This document shows positions 38,013-50,726 of a DNA stretch of 64,000 bases, in pieces; the first letter of the stretch is position 1; every line of letters begins with the position of its first letter. A model generated the notes under the pieces. It did no database searches. It was not told where the DNA came from and was given only the letters and a program-made list of their open reading frames with translations. The translations under genes and the position numbers were made by a program. Origin of the DNA: an uncultured Clostridia bacterium (GTDB lineage: Bacteria; Bacillota; Clostridia; TANB77; CAG-508); assembly GCA_934119935.1 (NCBI GenBank), contig CAKOSX010000001.1, forward strand, positions 268,299-332,298, in the 5' to 3' direction.

Positions 38013-39299
38013 ATGAGTATAAAAATAGAGAAAACAGAGAACAAGAACGAACTAAAACTAGAATTTAAAATCGAAGCAAAAAAATTTGATGATGCAATAA
38101 TAAAGGTATTTAATAAAAGTGCAAGATATTTTAATATACCAGGATTCAGAAAAGGAAAGGCTCCATTTAATATAGTTGAAAGAATGTATGGAGACGAGAT
38201 TTTTTATGAAGATGCTTTCAATGAATTAGTTCCTTCAATATATGAAAAAGAAATAGAAGATAATAAAATTGAGGCTGTTAGCAGACCAGAAATAAATATA
38301 GTAAACATGAAAAAAGGTGAGGACTTAGTATTTACAGCTATAGTTCAAACAAAACCAGAAGTTGTTTTAGGAAAATATAAAGGCGTAGAAATAAATAAGG
38401 TTGAATATCCTGTAACAGACGAAGATGTTGATCATGAAATAGAACATATGCAAGAACACAATGCAAGAACAATTACTATAGAAGATAGACCTGTTAAAGA
38501 AAAAGACATTGCTGTTATAGACTTCGAAGGATTTGTTGATGGAAAAGCATTTGAAGGTGGAAAAGCACAAAATCATGAAGTAGAAATTGGAAGTAAAACT
38601 TTTATTCCTGGATTCGAAGACCAAATAATTGGAATGAAAACAGGAGAGGAAAAAGAAATAAAAGTAAAATTCCCGGATGATTATTTCTCAAAGGATTTAG
38701 CAGGAAAGGATGCTACATTTAAAGTTAAATTAAATGAAATAAAAGAAAAAAAATTACCTGCATTAGATGATGAGTTTGCCAAAGATGTTTCTGAATTTGA
38801 TACTTTAAAGGATTTAAAGACAAGTATAAGAGAAAAGAAACAAGCAGAAAATGATGATAAGGCAAAACATGAAACAGAACACCTTGCTATAGATGCTGTA
38901 TCAGCAAATACAGAAATTGATATTCCATCTGGAATGATTGAAAATGAAATTGATGCAATGATAAGAGATCTAGAACAACAATTATCATACCAAGGAATTA
39001 ACTTAGATCAATATTTAAATATTGTAAATAAATCTAGAAAAGAAATTGAAGACAACTATAGAGACCAAGCAAAAGAAAACGTAAAGACTAGATTAATTTT
39101 AGAGGCAATAATAAAAGCAGAAAAATTAGAGACTTCAGATGAAGAAGTTGCTGAGAAAATAAAAGAAATGGCAACAAGCTATGGAAGAAAAGAAGAAGAA
39201 CTATTAAAAAACGAAGCTTTAAAAGAATATGTAGCCAATAATATAAAAACAGAGAAAGCAATTGAATTAATCGTAAAGAATGCCAAAATAAAGAAATAA
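38013..39299 (+). CDS. tig: Trigger factor
   Basis: GFRKGKAP ribosome-binding signature, FKBP-type PPIase core, tig-clpP-clpX synteny. Confidence 0.95.
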   Translation: MSIKIEKTENKNELKLEFKIEAKKFDDAIIKVFNKSARYFNIPGFRKGKAPFNIVERMYGDEIFYEDAFNELVPSIYEKEIEDNKIEAVSRPEINIVNMKKGEDLVFTAIVQTKPEVVLGKYKGVEINKVEYPVTDEDVDHEIEHMQEHNARTITIEDRPVKEKDIAVIDFEGFVDGKAFEGGKAQNHEVEIGSKTFIPGFEDQIIGMKTGEEKEIKVKFPDDYFSKDLAGKDATFKVKLNEIKEKKLPALDDEFAKDVSEFDTLKDLKTSIREKKQAENDDKAKHETEHLAIDAVSANTEIDIPSGMIENEIDAMIRDLEQQLSYQGINLDQYLNIVNKSRKEIEDNYRDQAKENVKTRLILEAIIKAEKLETSDEEVAEKIKEMATSYGRKEEELLKNEALKEYVANNIKTEKAIELIVKNAKIKK

Positions 39300-39413
39300 T
39301 AAACATGTAAAAAAATAAAATAGTTAGGGGGGTTATTTATATACAGTATAAATATTATTATGCTCACTTAACTATTTTATGTTATTATAAATGAAAAATA
39401 GGAGGAATTTATT

Positions 39414-40019
39414 ATGTTTGAAAAAGATAGTTTAGTACCATATGTCATAGAGCAATCCGCAAGAGGAGAAAGATCTTATGATATATTTTCAAGATTATTA
39501 AAAGATAGAATTATATTTTTAGGGGAAGATGTTAATGCAACTTCTGCAGGACTCGTAGTTGCTCAGTTACTATTTTTGGAGTCAGAAGATCCAGATAAGG
39601 AAATTGATTTATATATAAATAGCCCAGGAGGATCTATAACAGATGGAATGGCTATTGTAGATACAATGAATTATATCAAATGCCCAGTGTCAACAATATG
39701 TGTTGGTATGGCAGCTAGTATGGGATCTGTATTACTTGCTTCTGGAGAAAAAGGAAAAAGATTTGCAACACCTAATTCAGAAATATTGATACATCAACCA
39801 TTAATTGGCGGCGGAGGACTTTCAGGACAAACAACAGAAATAAAAATACACGCAGATCATATGGTTAAGACAAGAGAAAAATTAAATAGAATATTGAGTG
39901 AAAGAACTGGGCAACCAATAGAAGTAATAAATAGAGATACTGAAAGAGATAATTACATGACAGCACAAGAAGCATTGGAATATGGATTGATTGATGGAAT
40001 AATGGAAAAAAGGAAATAA
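39414..40019 (+). CDS. clpP: ATP-dependent Clp protease proteolytic subunit
   Basis: Ser-His-Asp triad context (GMAASMGS…HQP…), high identity to Firmicute ClpP. Confidence 0.95.
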   Translation: MFEKDSLVPYVIEQSARGERSYDIFSRLLKDRIIFLGEDVNATSAGLVVAQLLFLESEDPDKEIDLYINSPGGSITDGMAIVDTMNYIKCPVSTICVGMAASMGSVLLASGEKGKRFATPNSEILIHQPLIGGGGLSGQTTEIKIHADHMVKTREKLNRILSERTGQPIEVINRDTERDNYMTAQEALEYGLIDGIMEKRK

Positions 40020-40058
40020 ACTATAAACAAAAGAAAAAGAAATTAAAAAAAGGAGAAT

Positions 40059-41381
40059 ATGTTAATGCCAAAAGGTGAAAAAGACAAAATGATAAGATGC
40101 TCTTTTTGTGGAAAGAAACAAGAAGAGGTTGAAAGAATTATAGCTGGACCTGGAGTATACATTTGCGATGAATGTATAAAGGTATGTACAAACATAATCG
40201 AGAATGATTTATATGAAGATAGTGAAATAACATATGATCAAGAGGCATCAATTGATCTACCAAAACCTGAAGAAATTAAGGCTATATTGGATGAATATGT
40301 TATAGGACAGGATACTGCTAAAAAAACATTGTCAGTTGCTGTTTATAATCATTACAAGAGAATAAATAGTGAAGAAAATCAGAACAAAGACGATGTAGAG
40401 ATACAGAAAAGTAATATATTGTTACTTGGACCAACGGGATGTGGAAAAACTTTGTTAGCACAGACACTTGCAAGAATTTTAAATGTTCCTTTTGCAATTG
40501 CTGATGCAACAACATTAACTGAAGCTGGTTATGTTGGCGAAGATGTAGAAAATATTTTATTAAAACTAATTCAAGCAGCTGACTATGATGTTGAAAAAGC
40601 TGAAAAAGGAATTATATATATTGACGAAATTGATAAAATATCTAGAAAATCTGAGAATCCATCTATAACAAGAGATGTAAGTGGAGAAGGTGTACAACAA
40701 GCTCTTTTGAAAATAGTAGAAGGAACAGTTGCATCGGTTCCACCACAAGGTGGTAGAAAGCATCCACATCAGGAATTTATTCAAATTAATACACAGAATA
40801 TTTTATTTATTTGTGGTGGTGCATTTGACGGACTTGAAAAAATTATTAGAGATAGAGTAGACAAGAAAACCATGGGATTTGGTGCAGATATTAAGAGTAG
40901 TAAAGAGATGAATAAATATGATGTATTCGAATCTTTATTACCTCAAGACCTATTAAAGTTTGGATTAATTCCTGAGTTTGTTGGAAGACTACCAGTAGTT
41001 ACAACCTTAAAAGAATTAGATAGAGAAGCTTTAATAAAAATAATGACTGAACCAAAAAATTCATTGGTAAAACAGTATAAGAAATTGTTCGAATATGATA
41101 ATGTAGAATTAGACTTTGACAAAGATGCATTAAATGCGATAGTAGATAAAGCAATAGAAAGAAAGACAGGAGCAAGAGGCCTAAGAGCAATAATAGAAGA
41201 GATTATGAGAGACATAATGTTTGAAATACCATCTAATCCTAAAATCGAAAAATGTATAATTACAAAAGCTACGGTCGAAAATGGAGAAGCACCAAAACTA
41301 ATAATCAATAATAATAGAGAAATTCCTAAAAAAGTGAAAACAAAGAGATCTGTGACAAGTAAAAAAACTGGAACAGCATAG
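40059..41381 (+). CDS. clpX: ATP-dependent Clp protease ATP-binding subunit ClpX (likely start at 40065)
   Basis: N-terminal zinc-binding CSFCGK…CDEC, Walker A GPTGCGKT, sensor motifs. Confidence 0.95.
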   Translation: MLMPKGEKDKMIRCSFCGKKQEEVERIIAGPGVYICDECIKVCTNIIENDLYEDSEITYDQEASIDLPKPEEIKAILDEYVIGQDTAKKTLSVAVYNHYKRINSEENQNKDDVEIQKSNILLLGPTGCGKTLLAQTLARILNVPFAIADATTLTEAGYVGEDVENILLKLIQAADYDVEKAEKGIIYIDEIDKISRKSENPSITRDVSGEGVQQALLKIVEGTVASVPPQGGRKHPHQEFIQINTQNILFICGGAFDGLEKIIRDRVDKKTMGFGADIKSSKEMNKYDVFESLLPQDLLKFGLIPEFVGRLPVVTTLKELDREALIKIMTEPKNSLVKQYKKLFEYDNVELDFDKDALNAIVDKAIERKTGARGLRAIIEEIMRDIMFEIPSNPKIEKCIITKATVENGEAPKLIINNNREIPKKVKTKRSVTSKKTGTA

Positions 41382-41481
41382 AAAAAACATAAAAAGAGTA
41401 AACTGAAAGATAAAAGGAATATATAATATTATATACTCCTTTTATCTGTGTTAAAAGAAATATTCTGCGAGGGAGTAACAT

Positions 41482-42831
41482 ATGAATAACAATAAATGGA
41501 AAAATATTATATCTAATGTATTTGTGATTGTTATAATTATAATTGCTTTTGCAATGTACAGAAAGTATGATTATAATTTTTATACTAAAGGAATTGCGGA
41601 AAAAGGAAAAACACTTTTCTCAAGAGATTCTAATACAAAATATTCTAAATCTAGAAGCTATAAGATAGAAAATAAGATGCTAAATGATGCTATGTTTTAT
41701 AAAGAAATATCTGTTAGAAAAAATACCCCATACAAGGTAACCTGTATGGTAAAAACATCAAATGTAGTTGGAAATAATGATAATTTGATGGCTGGAGCAC
41801 AAATCTGTTTAAACGGAACAGAGGAACACTCTAGAGTTTTGCAGGGAGATAATGATTGGACGCAAATTGAATTTCTTTTTAATTCGAAGTGCAACGACAA
41901 AGTGGAAATTGGCTTTAGATTAGGTGGAAACTTACAGAGTGCATCTGGAACAGCATGGTTTTCAGACTTGAAGATTGAAGAAGGTGCAGTAGATGAAGGA
42001 ACCACGTGGAAATTTGGATGTTTTCTTATAGATAATGCAAATGTAGAAATAAATGGTCAAGAGAATCAATATACAATGACGACGGAAAATAAGAGTGTTG
42101 TATCTGTTGATATGGAAAGGTTAAAAAAATCGATAGGTGCACTATCAAATAATCAAATGAGCATTGAATATGATATAATAGAAATTTCAGAGCCACTTAC
42201 TACCCTAACATATGATGAAGAAAATGGATATTATATTAGCGAGAAGGATGTTTATGATCTAATAGATGATTATGTTAAAGAAAATGAGTATGACCATATC
42301 TATGTTTGTACGAATTTGCCATTAGAAAGTGAACTGACTAAAGATAGTAATATATGTGAATGGGTAGGTTTGGGAAACATGTTATATATTGGAAGAGGAT
42401 TTTCAAATATAAGAATTATATCAGGTAATTACAGTTATAATACTTTTCCAGAAGAAGTATTCCTACATGAATTTTTACATACATTAGAAAGAAACTCAAA
42501 GGAATATGGATATGAGGTACCAGCATTACATGATAATGCAAAATATAATTTTAAAGACGAAAGAGACGAAGGCTTAAAAAAGTGGTACATAGCTTATATG
42601 AATAGAAATATTGTAAATGATGAGGGAGAATATATTGGACTTCCAGAAGAAATATTCAAGTACAAGCCAGCAAAAGAAAATGATTTTGTTTATTCGAATG
42701 AATTAGATAAACTAGAAGAACCTAAGAATATTAAAGAAAGCATAGAAAGTATAATTTACAAAGTTAAGAGATTGTTCAAAGCAAAAAATAAAGACTACAA
42801 TATAGTAACAGCAGAAGGAGTGTCTGAATAG
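41482..42831 (+). CDS. Membrane-anchored hypothetical protein with HExxH motif (HEFLH), putative zinc metallopeptidase
   Basis: N-terminal TM; HEFLHTLE motif at about aa 330; occupies the position where lon often follows clpX. Confidence 0.4.
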   Translation: MNNNKWKNIISNVFVIVIIIIAFAMYRKYDYNFYTKGIAEKGKTLFSRDSNTKYSKSRSYKIENKMLNDAMFYKEISVRKNTPYKVTCMVKTSNVVGNNDNLMAGAQICLNGTEEHSRVLQGDNDWTQIEFLFNSKCNDKVEIGFRLGGNLQSASGTAWFSDLKIEEGAVDEGTTWKFGCFLIDNANVEINGQENQYTMTTENKSVVSVDMERLKKSIGALSNNQMSIEYDIIEISEPLTTLTYDEENGYYISEKDVYDLIDDYVKENEYDHIYVCTNLPLESELTKDSNICEWVGLGNMLYIGRGFSNIRIISGNYSYNTFPEEVFLHEFLHTLERNSKEYGYEVPALHDNAKYNFKDERDEGLKKWYIAYMNRNIVNDEGEYIGLPEEIFKYKPAKENDFVYSNELDKLEEPKNIKESIESIIYKVKRLFKAKNKDYNIVTAEGVSE

Positions 42832-42833
42832 AA

Positions 42834-43856
42834 ATGGAATTATCAGAATTTAATTATGAATTACCACAAGAATTAATTGCACAAACACCAATCGAAAAAA
42901 GAGATGAATCTAGATTAATGGTACTAGATAAAAATACAGGAGAGATAGAACATAAAATATTTAGAAACATAATTGAATATCTTGAACCAGGTGATTGTAT
43001 CGTTAGAAATAATACGAAAGTTATACCAGCAAGGTTATATGGAAAGAAAGATACAGGTGCAAATGTTGAGTTTGTATTGCTAAAGAACATTGAAGGTGAC
43101 ATATGGGAAGCTATGGTTAGACCCGGAAATAAACTTCACAGCGGTGCCAAAGTAATATTTGGAGACGGATTATTAAGAGCAGAAATATTAGATACATTGG
43201 AAGATGGAACTAGAAGAGTTAAATTTGACTATAATGGAATTTTTAATGAAATATTGGATAAAATAGGATTAATGCCATTACCACCATATATACATGAGAG
43301 TTTAAAAGATAATGATAGATACCAGACTGTTTACGCAAAATATGAGGGATCTGCAGCAGCACCAACAGCAGGGCTACATTTTACGGATGAACTACTAAAA
43401 AAAATTGAAAATAAGGGAATAAGTATCGCAAATGTAACTTTACATGTTGGAATAGGAACTTTTAGACCTGTAAAAGAAAAAAATATAGAAGACCATCACA
43501 TGCATACTGAACATTATTACATAAAAGAGGAAGATGCTAAGAAAATTAATGATGCAAAACTATCAGGACATAGAATAATTGCAGTAGGTACTACTTCCTG
43601 TAGAACAATCGAAACAATTTCAGATGAAAAAGGTTTGGTAAAAGCGTGTGAAGGAGATACAGGAATATACATATATCCTGGTTATAAATTCAAATGCCTA
43701 GATGGATTAATTACAAATTTCCATTTACCAGAGTCTACTTTGTTAATGCTTGTATCTGCGTTAGCTGGTAGAGAAAATATTTTAAATGCTTATAATGTGG
43801 CTGTAAAAGAAAAATATAAATTCTTTAGCTTTGGTGATGCAATGTTTATAAAGTAA
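42834..43856 (+). CDS. queA: S-adenosylmethionine:tRNA ribosyltransferase-isomerase
   Basis: [15 protein letters not shown]-terminus and overall QueA similarity. Confidence 0.9.
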   Translation: MELSEFNYELPQELIAQTPIEKRDESRLMVLDKNTGEIEHKIFRNIIEYLEPGDCIVRNNTKVIPARLYGKKDTGANVEFVLLKNIEGDIWEAMVRPGNKLHSGAKVIFGDGLLRAEILDTLEDGTRRVKFDYNGIFNEILDKIGLMPLPPYIHESLKDNDRYQTVYAKYEGSAAAPTAGLHFTDELLKKIENKGISIANVTLHVGIGTFRPVKEKNIEDHHMHTEHYYIKEEDAKKINDAKLSGHRIIAVGTTSCRTIETISDEKGLVKACEGDTGIYIYPGYKFKCLDGLITNFHLPESTLLMLVSALAGRENILNAYNVAVKEKYKFFSFGDAMFIK

Positions 43857-43860
43857 ATGA

Positions 43861-45012
<1,152 letters not shown>

Positions 45013-45046
45013 CAGGTTTACATTATAAATTAAGGGGGAAAAATAA

Positions 45047-46528
45047 ATGAACATATATGACTCGCAACCGGTGGAAGATGAAAAAGCAAAATCAAAAAAA
45101 ATGATGATAATTATAGGCATTGCTATGGCAGTTCTGTTTGTGTTGATACTATGCATTATATTTTATATAAGTTATATAGAAAAGAAAACGTTAAAACTAT
45201 ACATAGATAATTCGAAAATTTCATTGAAATCTGACATGGTTTTGGTAAATAATGGCGATATATTTATATCTATTGATGACATTGCCGAAAAAATAGGATA
45301 TGCAAAGAATAATGGAGAGTATAAGTCTCATTATGTAGAAGATGCTTCTAAGCGTTATTTAGAAAATAAATATGAAACAGTTTCATATATAACAGATTCT
45401 GATAAAATATATAAGGCAATTTTACCAGCAAGTCAAAATGAAGAAATTGAATATGAGTATTTTAAAATAGATAAACCAGTATTTAAATCAAACGATAAAA
45501 TGTATATATCGATTGATGGACTTTGCAAGGGATGTAATTTAAGACATTCATACACGATAGATAATAATACAATAAACATATATACGTTAGATTATTTATG
45601 CTCACTATATGCAACAAAGATGCCAGAGAGTTTGGAACTAAGTGAAAGAGATGATGTTGAGACATACAAGAATAGAAAAGCTTTATTGTATAATATGATT
45701 ATTGTAAAAAATAGCTCAGGTAAGTATGGAGTAAAAGATCCTTCTGGAAATGATATACTTGGCGAAAAATATAAATCCATAGCTTTTGTTGAAAGTGAAG
45801 AAGAGTTTATCGTAGAAACGGATGAAGGAAAATTTGGAATAGTTGATAAAACAGGTACAAAAAAATTCGAACCTGATTATGCAAGTATAAAAGAAATTGA
45901 TAAAACTAGAGGATTATATTTGGTTTCAAAGAAGTCAAGTACATCAAGAATACAATATGGAATAGTAAATAGAAGTGAGAAAACGATAGTCTACATTGAG
46001 TATGAGCAAATAGGTATAGATAAAAGTGAGTTCCCTGCTAATAACATAGAAAATCAATATATATTGTTTGGAAAATGTATACCTGTAAAAAGGTCTAATA
46101 AATGGGGATTGTTAGATTTGAACGGAAATACAATATTACCATTAGAGTTTGACAGTTTTGGATGTAAAACGAGTTCGTCAAAAAATAATCAGGCTAATGC
46201 ACTTATTGTGTTACCAGATTATGAATCGATTGTTGTTTGTAAAAATGGGTTATATGGATTATATAATTCTTCTGGCAAACAATTAATACAAGAACTTGTA
46301 ACAGATATGTATGTAATAAATACTTCTGGGACAGATCAATACTATTTAACATATCAAGGAGAAACAATGAATATAAGAGACTATTTGAGAAATGTTTTTG
46401 GTATTGAACCTATGGACCAGAGCAGCAATAGCAGTAATCAAAACAATGCTGAAGATGCAACAAATACAGAAAAAAGCACGAGTGGACAAAATGAAAGTTC
46501 ATCAAATAATAATGTAAATGTAAATTAA
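45047..46528 (+). CDS. Membrane-anchored protein with WG-containing (KWG-type) repeats and Ser/Asn-rich tail
   Basis: N-terminal TM; repeated GKYGVKD…/GKFGIVDKTG…/KWGLLDLNGN… units. Confidence 0.5.
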   Translation: MNIYDSQPVEDEKAKSKKMMIIIGIAMAVLFVLILCIIFYISYIEKKTLKLYIDNSKISLKSDMVLVNNGDIFISIDDIAEKIGYAKNNGEYKSHYVEDASKRYLENKYETVSYITDSDKIYKAILPASQNEEIEYEYFKIDKPVFKSNDKMYISIDGLCKGCNLRHSYTIDNNTINIYTLDYLCSLYATKMPESLELSERDDVETYKNRKALLYNMIIVKNSSGKYGVKDPSGNDILGEKYKSIAFVESEEEFIVETDEGKFGIVDKTGTKKFEPDYASIKEIDKTRGLYLVSKKSSTSRIQYGIVNRSEKTIVYIEYEQIGIDKSEFPANNIENQYILFGKCIPVKRSNKWGLLDLNGNTILPLEFDSFGCKTSSSKNNQANALIVLPDYESIVVCKNGLYGLYNSSGKQLIQELVTDMYVINTSGTDQYYLTYQGETMNIRDYLRNVFGIEPMDQSSNSSNQNNAEDATNTEKSTSGQNESSSNNNVNVN

Positions 46529-46561
46529 AAATTAAGACAATAATTTATAAAGGGAGTCTAT

Positions 46562-46864
46562 ATGGAATATATACAGTTTATTGTAACAGTAATATTAATA
46601 TTAGTAATATTTTATTTTGCTAATTTACAAAATAAAAAGCAAGAAAAAGAACTTAAAAAAATGCAATCAGAGATAAAAAAGAATGATAGAATTATAACTT
46701 ATTCTGGTTTATCAGGAGTTGTATCTGAGGTATTAGAAGATAGAGTTATTTTGAAGACATATCCGGACAAAATGAAAATATCAATTGAAAAGTGGGCTAT
46801 AGCAGGATTAGATGACAGAAAAATAGAAGTTGAAAAAGTGGAAGATGTAGATAAAGAAAAATAG
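46562..46864 (+). CDS. yajC: Preprotein translocase subunit YajC
   Basis: Single N-terminal TM and YajC core; queA-tgt-yajC-secDF synteny. Confidence 0.8.
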   Translation: MEYIQFIVTVILILVIFYFANLQNKKQEKELKKMQSEIKKNDRIITYSGLSGVVSEVLEDRVILKTYPDKMKISIEKWAIAGLDDRKIEVEKVEDVDKEK

Positions 46865-46898
46865 AAGTTGAAAAAGTGGAAGATGTAGATAAAGAAAA
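46823..46898. repeat. Perfect 38-bp tandem duplication (2 copies) spanning the yajC stop codon
   Basis: ATAGAAGTTGAAAAAGTGGAAGATGTAGATAAAGAAAA x2; the encoded YajC C-terminus (…EKVEDVDKEK*) is the same with or without the duplication. Confidence 0.8.
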
Positions 46899-46986
46899 AT
46901 AAATAATAAAAAATGAAAGATTAAACATAAAAGGCCTTCGATTATAATATATTTATAGTATTAATTATAGTTGGAGGTTTTTATGT

Positions 46987-47397
46987 ATGAATTTATTAAA
47001 AAAGATAAATAATGAAGAAAGAAGTAATAAAAATAGTAATTTTATAAATGTTGCAAGAGGAAGCATAATAGCGATTACTATTACGTTAGTTTGTTTAGTA
47101 ATATTCTCTGTAATATTAGCTAATACTGAGGTCGCCGAAAGTACTATTAACCCTGTAATAATTTTAGTTACTGCAGTAAGTATTTTTGTGGGAAGTATAA
47201 TGAGTGTATCAAGAATATCAAAAAGAGGAATAATAAATGGTGGAATTGTTGGAATGATATATTTTTTAGCCATTTATATATTGTCTGGAATAGTCAACTC
47301 AAACTTTTCGATAAATATTAGTGGAATTATTTTAATAATTTGTGGAATATTAGCAGGAATGCTTGGCGGAATAGTAGGTGTAAATATAAAAAAATGA
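46987..47397 (+). CDS. Small 4-TM membrane protein (TIGR04086-like family)
   Basis: GGAGG RBS, four hydrophobic helices. Confidence 0.45.
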   Translation: MNLLKKINNEERSNKNSNFINVARGSIIAITITLVCLVIFSVILANTEVAESTINPVIILVTAVSIFVGSIMSVSRISKRGIINGGIVGMIYFLAIYILSGIVNSNFSINISGIILIICGILAGMLGGIVGVNIKK

Positions 47398-47465
47398 AAA
47401 AAATAGGCTTAAATAGTTGATATTTTTGCACAGATAGAGTAAAATTTAACAGTGTGGAGGAAAGA

Positions 47466-48127
47466 ATGGTAACTTTTTCTGACGTAAAAAACAATGAGGA
47501 TATAAATAATTTAATCCTATGTTCTCAAAAACAATTGGATGCTTTAGGTTATACAGAACATGCTATGAGACATATAACGATAGTATCGAACAGAGCGGCA
47601 GAAATTTTGGAAAAACTTCGGATATGATAAACACAGGGTTGAACTTGTAAGAATAGCAGGGTATATGCACGACATAGGAAATGCTATAAACAGAGTAGAC
47701 CATGCTCACTCAGGAGCAATACTTGCATACGAAATATTGAAGAATATGGGTATGGATATAAAAGACCGTACTGAAATTATGACGGCTATTGGAAACCATG
47801 ATGAATCAACACGGTACATCTGTAAGTGATATTTCGGCTGCATTAATTCTTGCAGATAAATCTGATGTCCACAGAGAAAGAGTTAGGAATACTAATATTT
47901 CAAAATTTGACAAACATGATAAAGTTAATTATGCTGTAACAAATACTGAATTTATAGTAAATAATGATAAGAAAAAGGTAACTTTGAGTTTATTGATGGA
48001 TACAGAAATGTGCTCGATACTAGACTATTTTGAAATTTATATGGATAGAACTATAATGAGCAAAAATGCTGCAAAATACTTGAATATAGAGTATGAATTA
48101 ATTATTAATGGTACAAAATTATTATAA
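47466..48127 (+). pseudogene. HD-domain phosphohydrolase split into three pieces by two +1 frameshifts (extra C at 47619 and 47812)
   Basis: GGAGG RBS; frames rejoin as …EKLGYDKHRVELVRIAGYMHDIGNAI…HAHSGA…GNHDESTGTSVSDISAALILADKSD… when each extra C is removed. Confidence 0.65.
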
Positions 48128-48130
48128 AAT

Positions 48131-49597
48131 ATGGAGGAAAATAAATTGAAAAACAAAAAACAAAGTAATGGATCATTAAAAGTAATTGGAAGAATTTTAG
48201 CAACTATAATAATTATATTAATAGGACTTATTTCTTTCGTGGGAATTTATGTGAATGATAAGAATGCAATGAAAAATTTAATTCCTGAATATCAGTTAGG
48301 CTATGATGTATATGGAAGCAGACACATATCAATTAGCGTAGATGATAGTACTGAAACAAAAAAATATGATTCAGAAGGAAAACTGGTTGAAAACACTGAT
48401 GAAAAAAGTGATGAGAATGCAAATGAAAACATCACAGAAGTAGAAGAACCAGTTAATCCAGAAGAGGTAAAAACTGTTGAAAACTATAAAGCTGTACGTG
48501 ATATCATAGAAGCTAGATTAGAATATCTAAAAATAGATGGATATCTTTTAAGATTTGATGAAGATACAGGAAAAATTGATTTAGAAATACCTGAAAATAC
48601 TAATACAGATTATCTTGCACAGTACTCAATAACTAAAGGAGTTTTCAAAGTTGCAGATAATGACACTTCTGAAGTGTTATTATCTAATGAGAATTTAAAA
48701 AGAGCAAGAGTACAATATACAACTGGTACTTCTGGAACAACAGTATATTTAACAATTGAATTCAATGATGAAGGAACTCAAAAGTTAAAAGACATTTCGA
48801 ACACATATGTAAGTTCGAAAGATAGCGACGGAAATACTACAACAAAGAAAATAAAAATGACAATAGATGATAGTACAATAATATCAACATATTTCCAAGA
48901 GCAAATTACAGATGGTATAATTCAATTATCTTTAGGGACAAGCACTAATTCTTCGGATATACAAACATATTTACAAGAAGCATCTAATATGGCTGTATTG
49001 TTAAATACAGATCCAATGCCTATAACATATAAAATGGATGTAAATAGATTCGTTTATTCAGACATAACACCAGAAATGTTAAAGGTAGTAATTATAGCTT
49101 TATGTGTAATCGCAGGAATAATGGCTATTATAATGATAATAAAATTCAAGAAGAATGGATTTATGGGAGTTATTGCAAATATTGGATTTGTTGCAATATT
49201 ACTACTTGCAATAAGATATGGTAATGTAACATTAACATTAACAGGAATAATTGCAATTGCAATTGCTGAAATAATAGAGTATTGTATTACGATGTTGATA
49301 TTAAGAGAATATGCAAATAAATGTGAACCAGATATATTAAAAAAGAATATTAGAAGATTATTAGAAAATATAGCAGTTGTGCTAACACCGATAACAGTAA
49401 TGGCAATTACTTTTGCATTAATTAGCTGGGAAGAAATTTCAAGTTTTGGAATGGTATTATTCTGGGCAATTATTATAATGATAGTATATAATGTTTTAAT
49501 GCTTGTAATACAATTCTTTAGCCCAAAAAGTGATAAAAAAATAAAGAATAAAAAAAGTGTTAAAACAGACAAAAAATCAAAAAAAGAAGATAAATAG
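48131..49597 (+). CDS. secD: SecD-like protein-export membrane protein (divergent)
   Basis: N-terminal TM, periplasmic domain, C-terminal TM bundle (GIIAIAIAEIIEY… aligns with the SecD TM4 region); position after yajC. Confidence 0.5.
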   Translation: MEENKLKNKKQSNGSLKVIGRILATIIIILIGLISFVGIYVNDKNAMKNLIPEYQLGYDVYGSRHISISVDDSTETKKYDSEGKLVENTDEKSDENANENITEVEEPVNPEEVKTVENYKAVRDIIEARLEYLKIDGYLLRFDEDTGKIDLEIPENTNTDYLAQYSITKGVFKVADNDTSEVLLSNENLKRARVQYTTGTSGTTVYLTIEFNDEGTQKLKDISNTYVSSKDSDGNTTTKKIKMTIDDSTIISTYFQEQITDGIIQLSLGTSTNSSDIQTYLQEASNMAVLLNTDPMPITYKMDVNRFVYSDITPEMLKVVIIALCVIAGIMAIIMIIKFKKNGFMGVIANIGFVAILLLAIRYGNVTLTLTGIIAIAIAEIIEYCITMLILREYANKCEPDILKKNIRRLLENIAVVLTPITVMAITFALISWEEISSFGMVLFWAIIIMIVYNVLMLVIQFFSPKSDKKIKNKKSVKTDKKSKKEDK

Positions 49598-49635
49598 TCG
49601 AACAAAATTAATTGAGTAGTAGAAAGGAAAATATA

Positions 49636-50298
49636 ATGAAGAAAGTAATTCAAATATTATTAATATGTTTAATAATTGCGGGAATAGTTGTAATATCAAC
49701 AGTAGGCTTTAATGTGGGATTAAAATATTCAGAACATAAAGAAATAAGCATAAACATTAGTAAAGAATTTAATGTTTCTGACATTAGAAATATTACCAAA
49801 GAAGTTTTTGGTAATAAGCCAGTGATCATTCAACAAGTAGAATTATATAAGGATATGGTTCAAATATCTGTAAAAGAAGCAAGCGAAGAACAAGTTTCTT
49901 CTCTTAACGATAAAATAAATGAAAAATATGGTCTTGAAAATGCAATATCAGATGTTAAAGTTGTTGATATTCCAAATGTAAGATTAAGAAATGTAATAAA
50001 ACCATATATATTACCAGTTTCAATAGTAAGTGTATTAACTATTATATTTGCTATGATTGTGTATAGAAAGTTAGGAGTATGGAAGGTTTTGTATGATACA
50101 GCGATGGCTATTGTAGCTCCACAGGCTATACTATCAAGTTTGTATGCTGTAACAAGAATACCGATAAATAGAATAGCAACTATAGTTGCAATTTCAGTTT
50201 TTGCTTTATCAATAACGATGATTATTTTAAAATTAAATATTACAAAGCAAAAATTGTTTAAAGAAAAAGAGGACTCAAAGAAGGTTGAAAAAGACTAA
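49636..50298 (+). CDS. secF: SecF-like protein-export membrane protein (short, divergent)
   Basis: AAAGGA RBS before ATG 49636; N-terminal TM, small periplasmic domain, C-terminal TMs; follows the secD-like gene. Confidence 0.45.
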   Translation: MKKVIQILLICLIIAGIVVISTVGFNVGLKYSEHKEISINISKEFNVSDIRNITKEVFGNKPVIIQQVELYKDMVQISVKEASEEQVSSLNDKINEKYGLENAISDVKVVDIPNVRLRNVIKPYILPVSIVSVLTIIFAMIVYRKLGVWKVLYDTAMAIVAPQAILSSLYAVTRIPINRIATIVAISVFALSITMIILKLNITKQKLFKEKEDSKKVEKD

Positions 50299-50325
50299 TA
50301 TCCCATATATTTTGAACAAAAAAAT

Positions 50326-50360
50326 GCTATTAATAATAAAATATTATTAATAGCACTTTT
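50326..50360 (+). terminator. Rho-independent terminator (GCTATTAATAAT…ATTATTAATAGC)
   Basis: Perfect 12-bp stem plus T-run. Confidence 0.7.
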
Positions 50361-50380
50361 GCTATATATGAGGAGGAAAT

Positions 50381-50701
50381 ATGAAAATAAGAGTTTTTTA
50401 TAATAGACTATTATCAAGGCTTTCGAAAATGGATTTGGAAAAAGAAGAGGCCTTGGAAATATATAGAAGAACAAATGCTTTAATGATTGACGTTAGGACT
50501 CCAGAAGAATATGCAGAGAACCATTTTAATGGAGCAATAAATATTCCACTATATGAAATTGATAACATTGCTAACGAAATAGTAGATAAGAATAAAGTTA
50601 TTCTTGTATATTGCAAGATTGGTAGTAGAAGTAAATTAGCAAAGGAAATTTTGTGTAAGAATGGGTATAAAAATGTCTATACATTTAATGCAAAAATATA
50701 A
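50381..50701 (+). CDS. Rhodanese-like single-domain sulfurtransferase
   Basis: DVRTPEEY…active-site loop YCKIGSRS. Confidence 0.7.
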   Translation: MKIRVFYNRLLSRLSKMDLEKEEALEIYRRTNALMIDVRTPEEYAENHFNGAINIPLYEIDNIANEIVDKNKVILVYCKIGSRSKLAKEILCKNGYKNVYTFNAKI

Positions 50702-50726
50702 AATTAAAATATATAATTTGTAAGGA

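Noticed and set aside
39325-39413. CtsR or CIRCE operator upstream of clpP
   Set aside because: The palindrome TATTTATATAC-AG-TATAAATA matches neither the CtsR box (GGTCAAA direct repeat) nor CIRCE (TTAGCACTC-N9-GAGTGCTAA)
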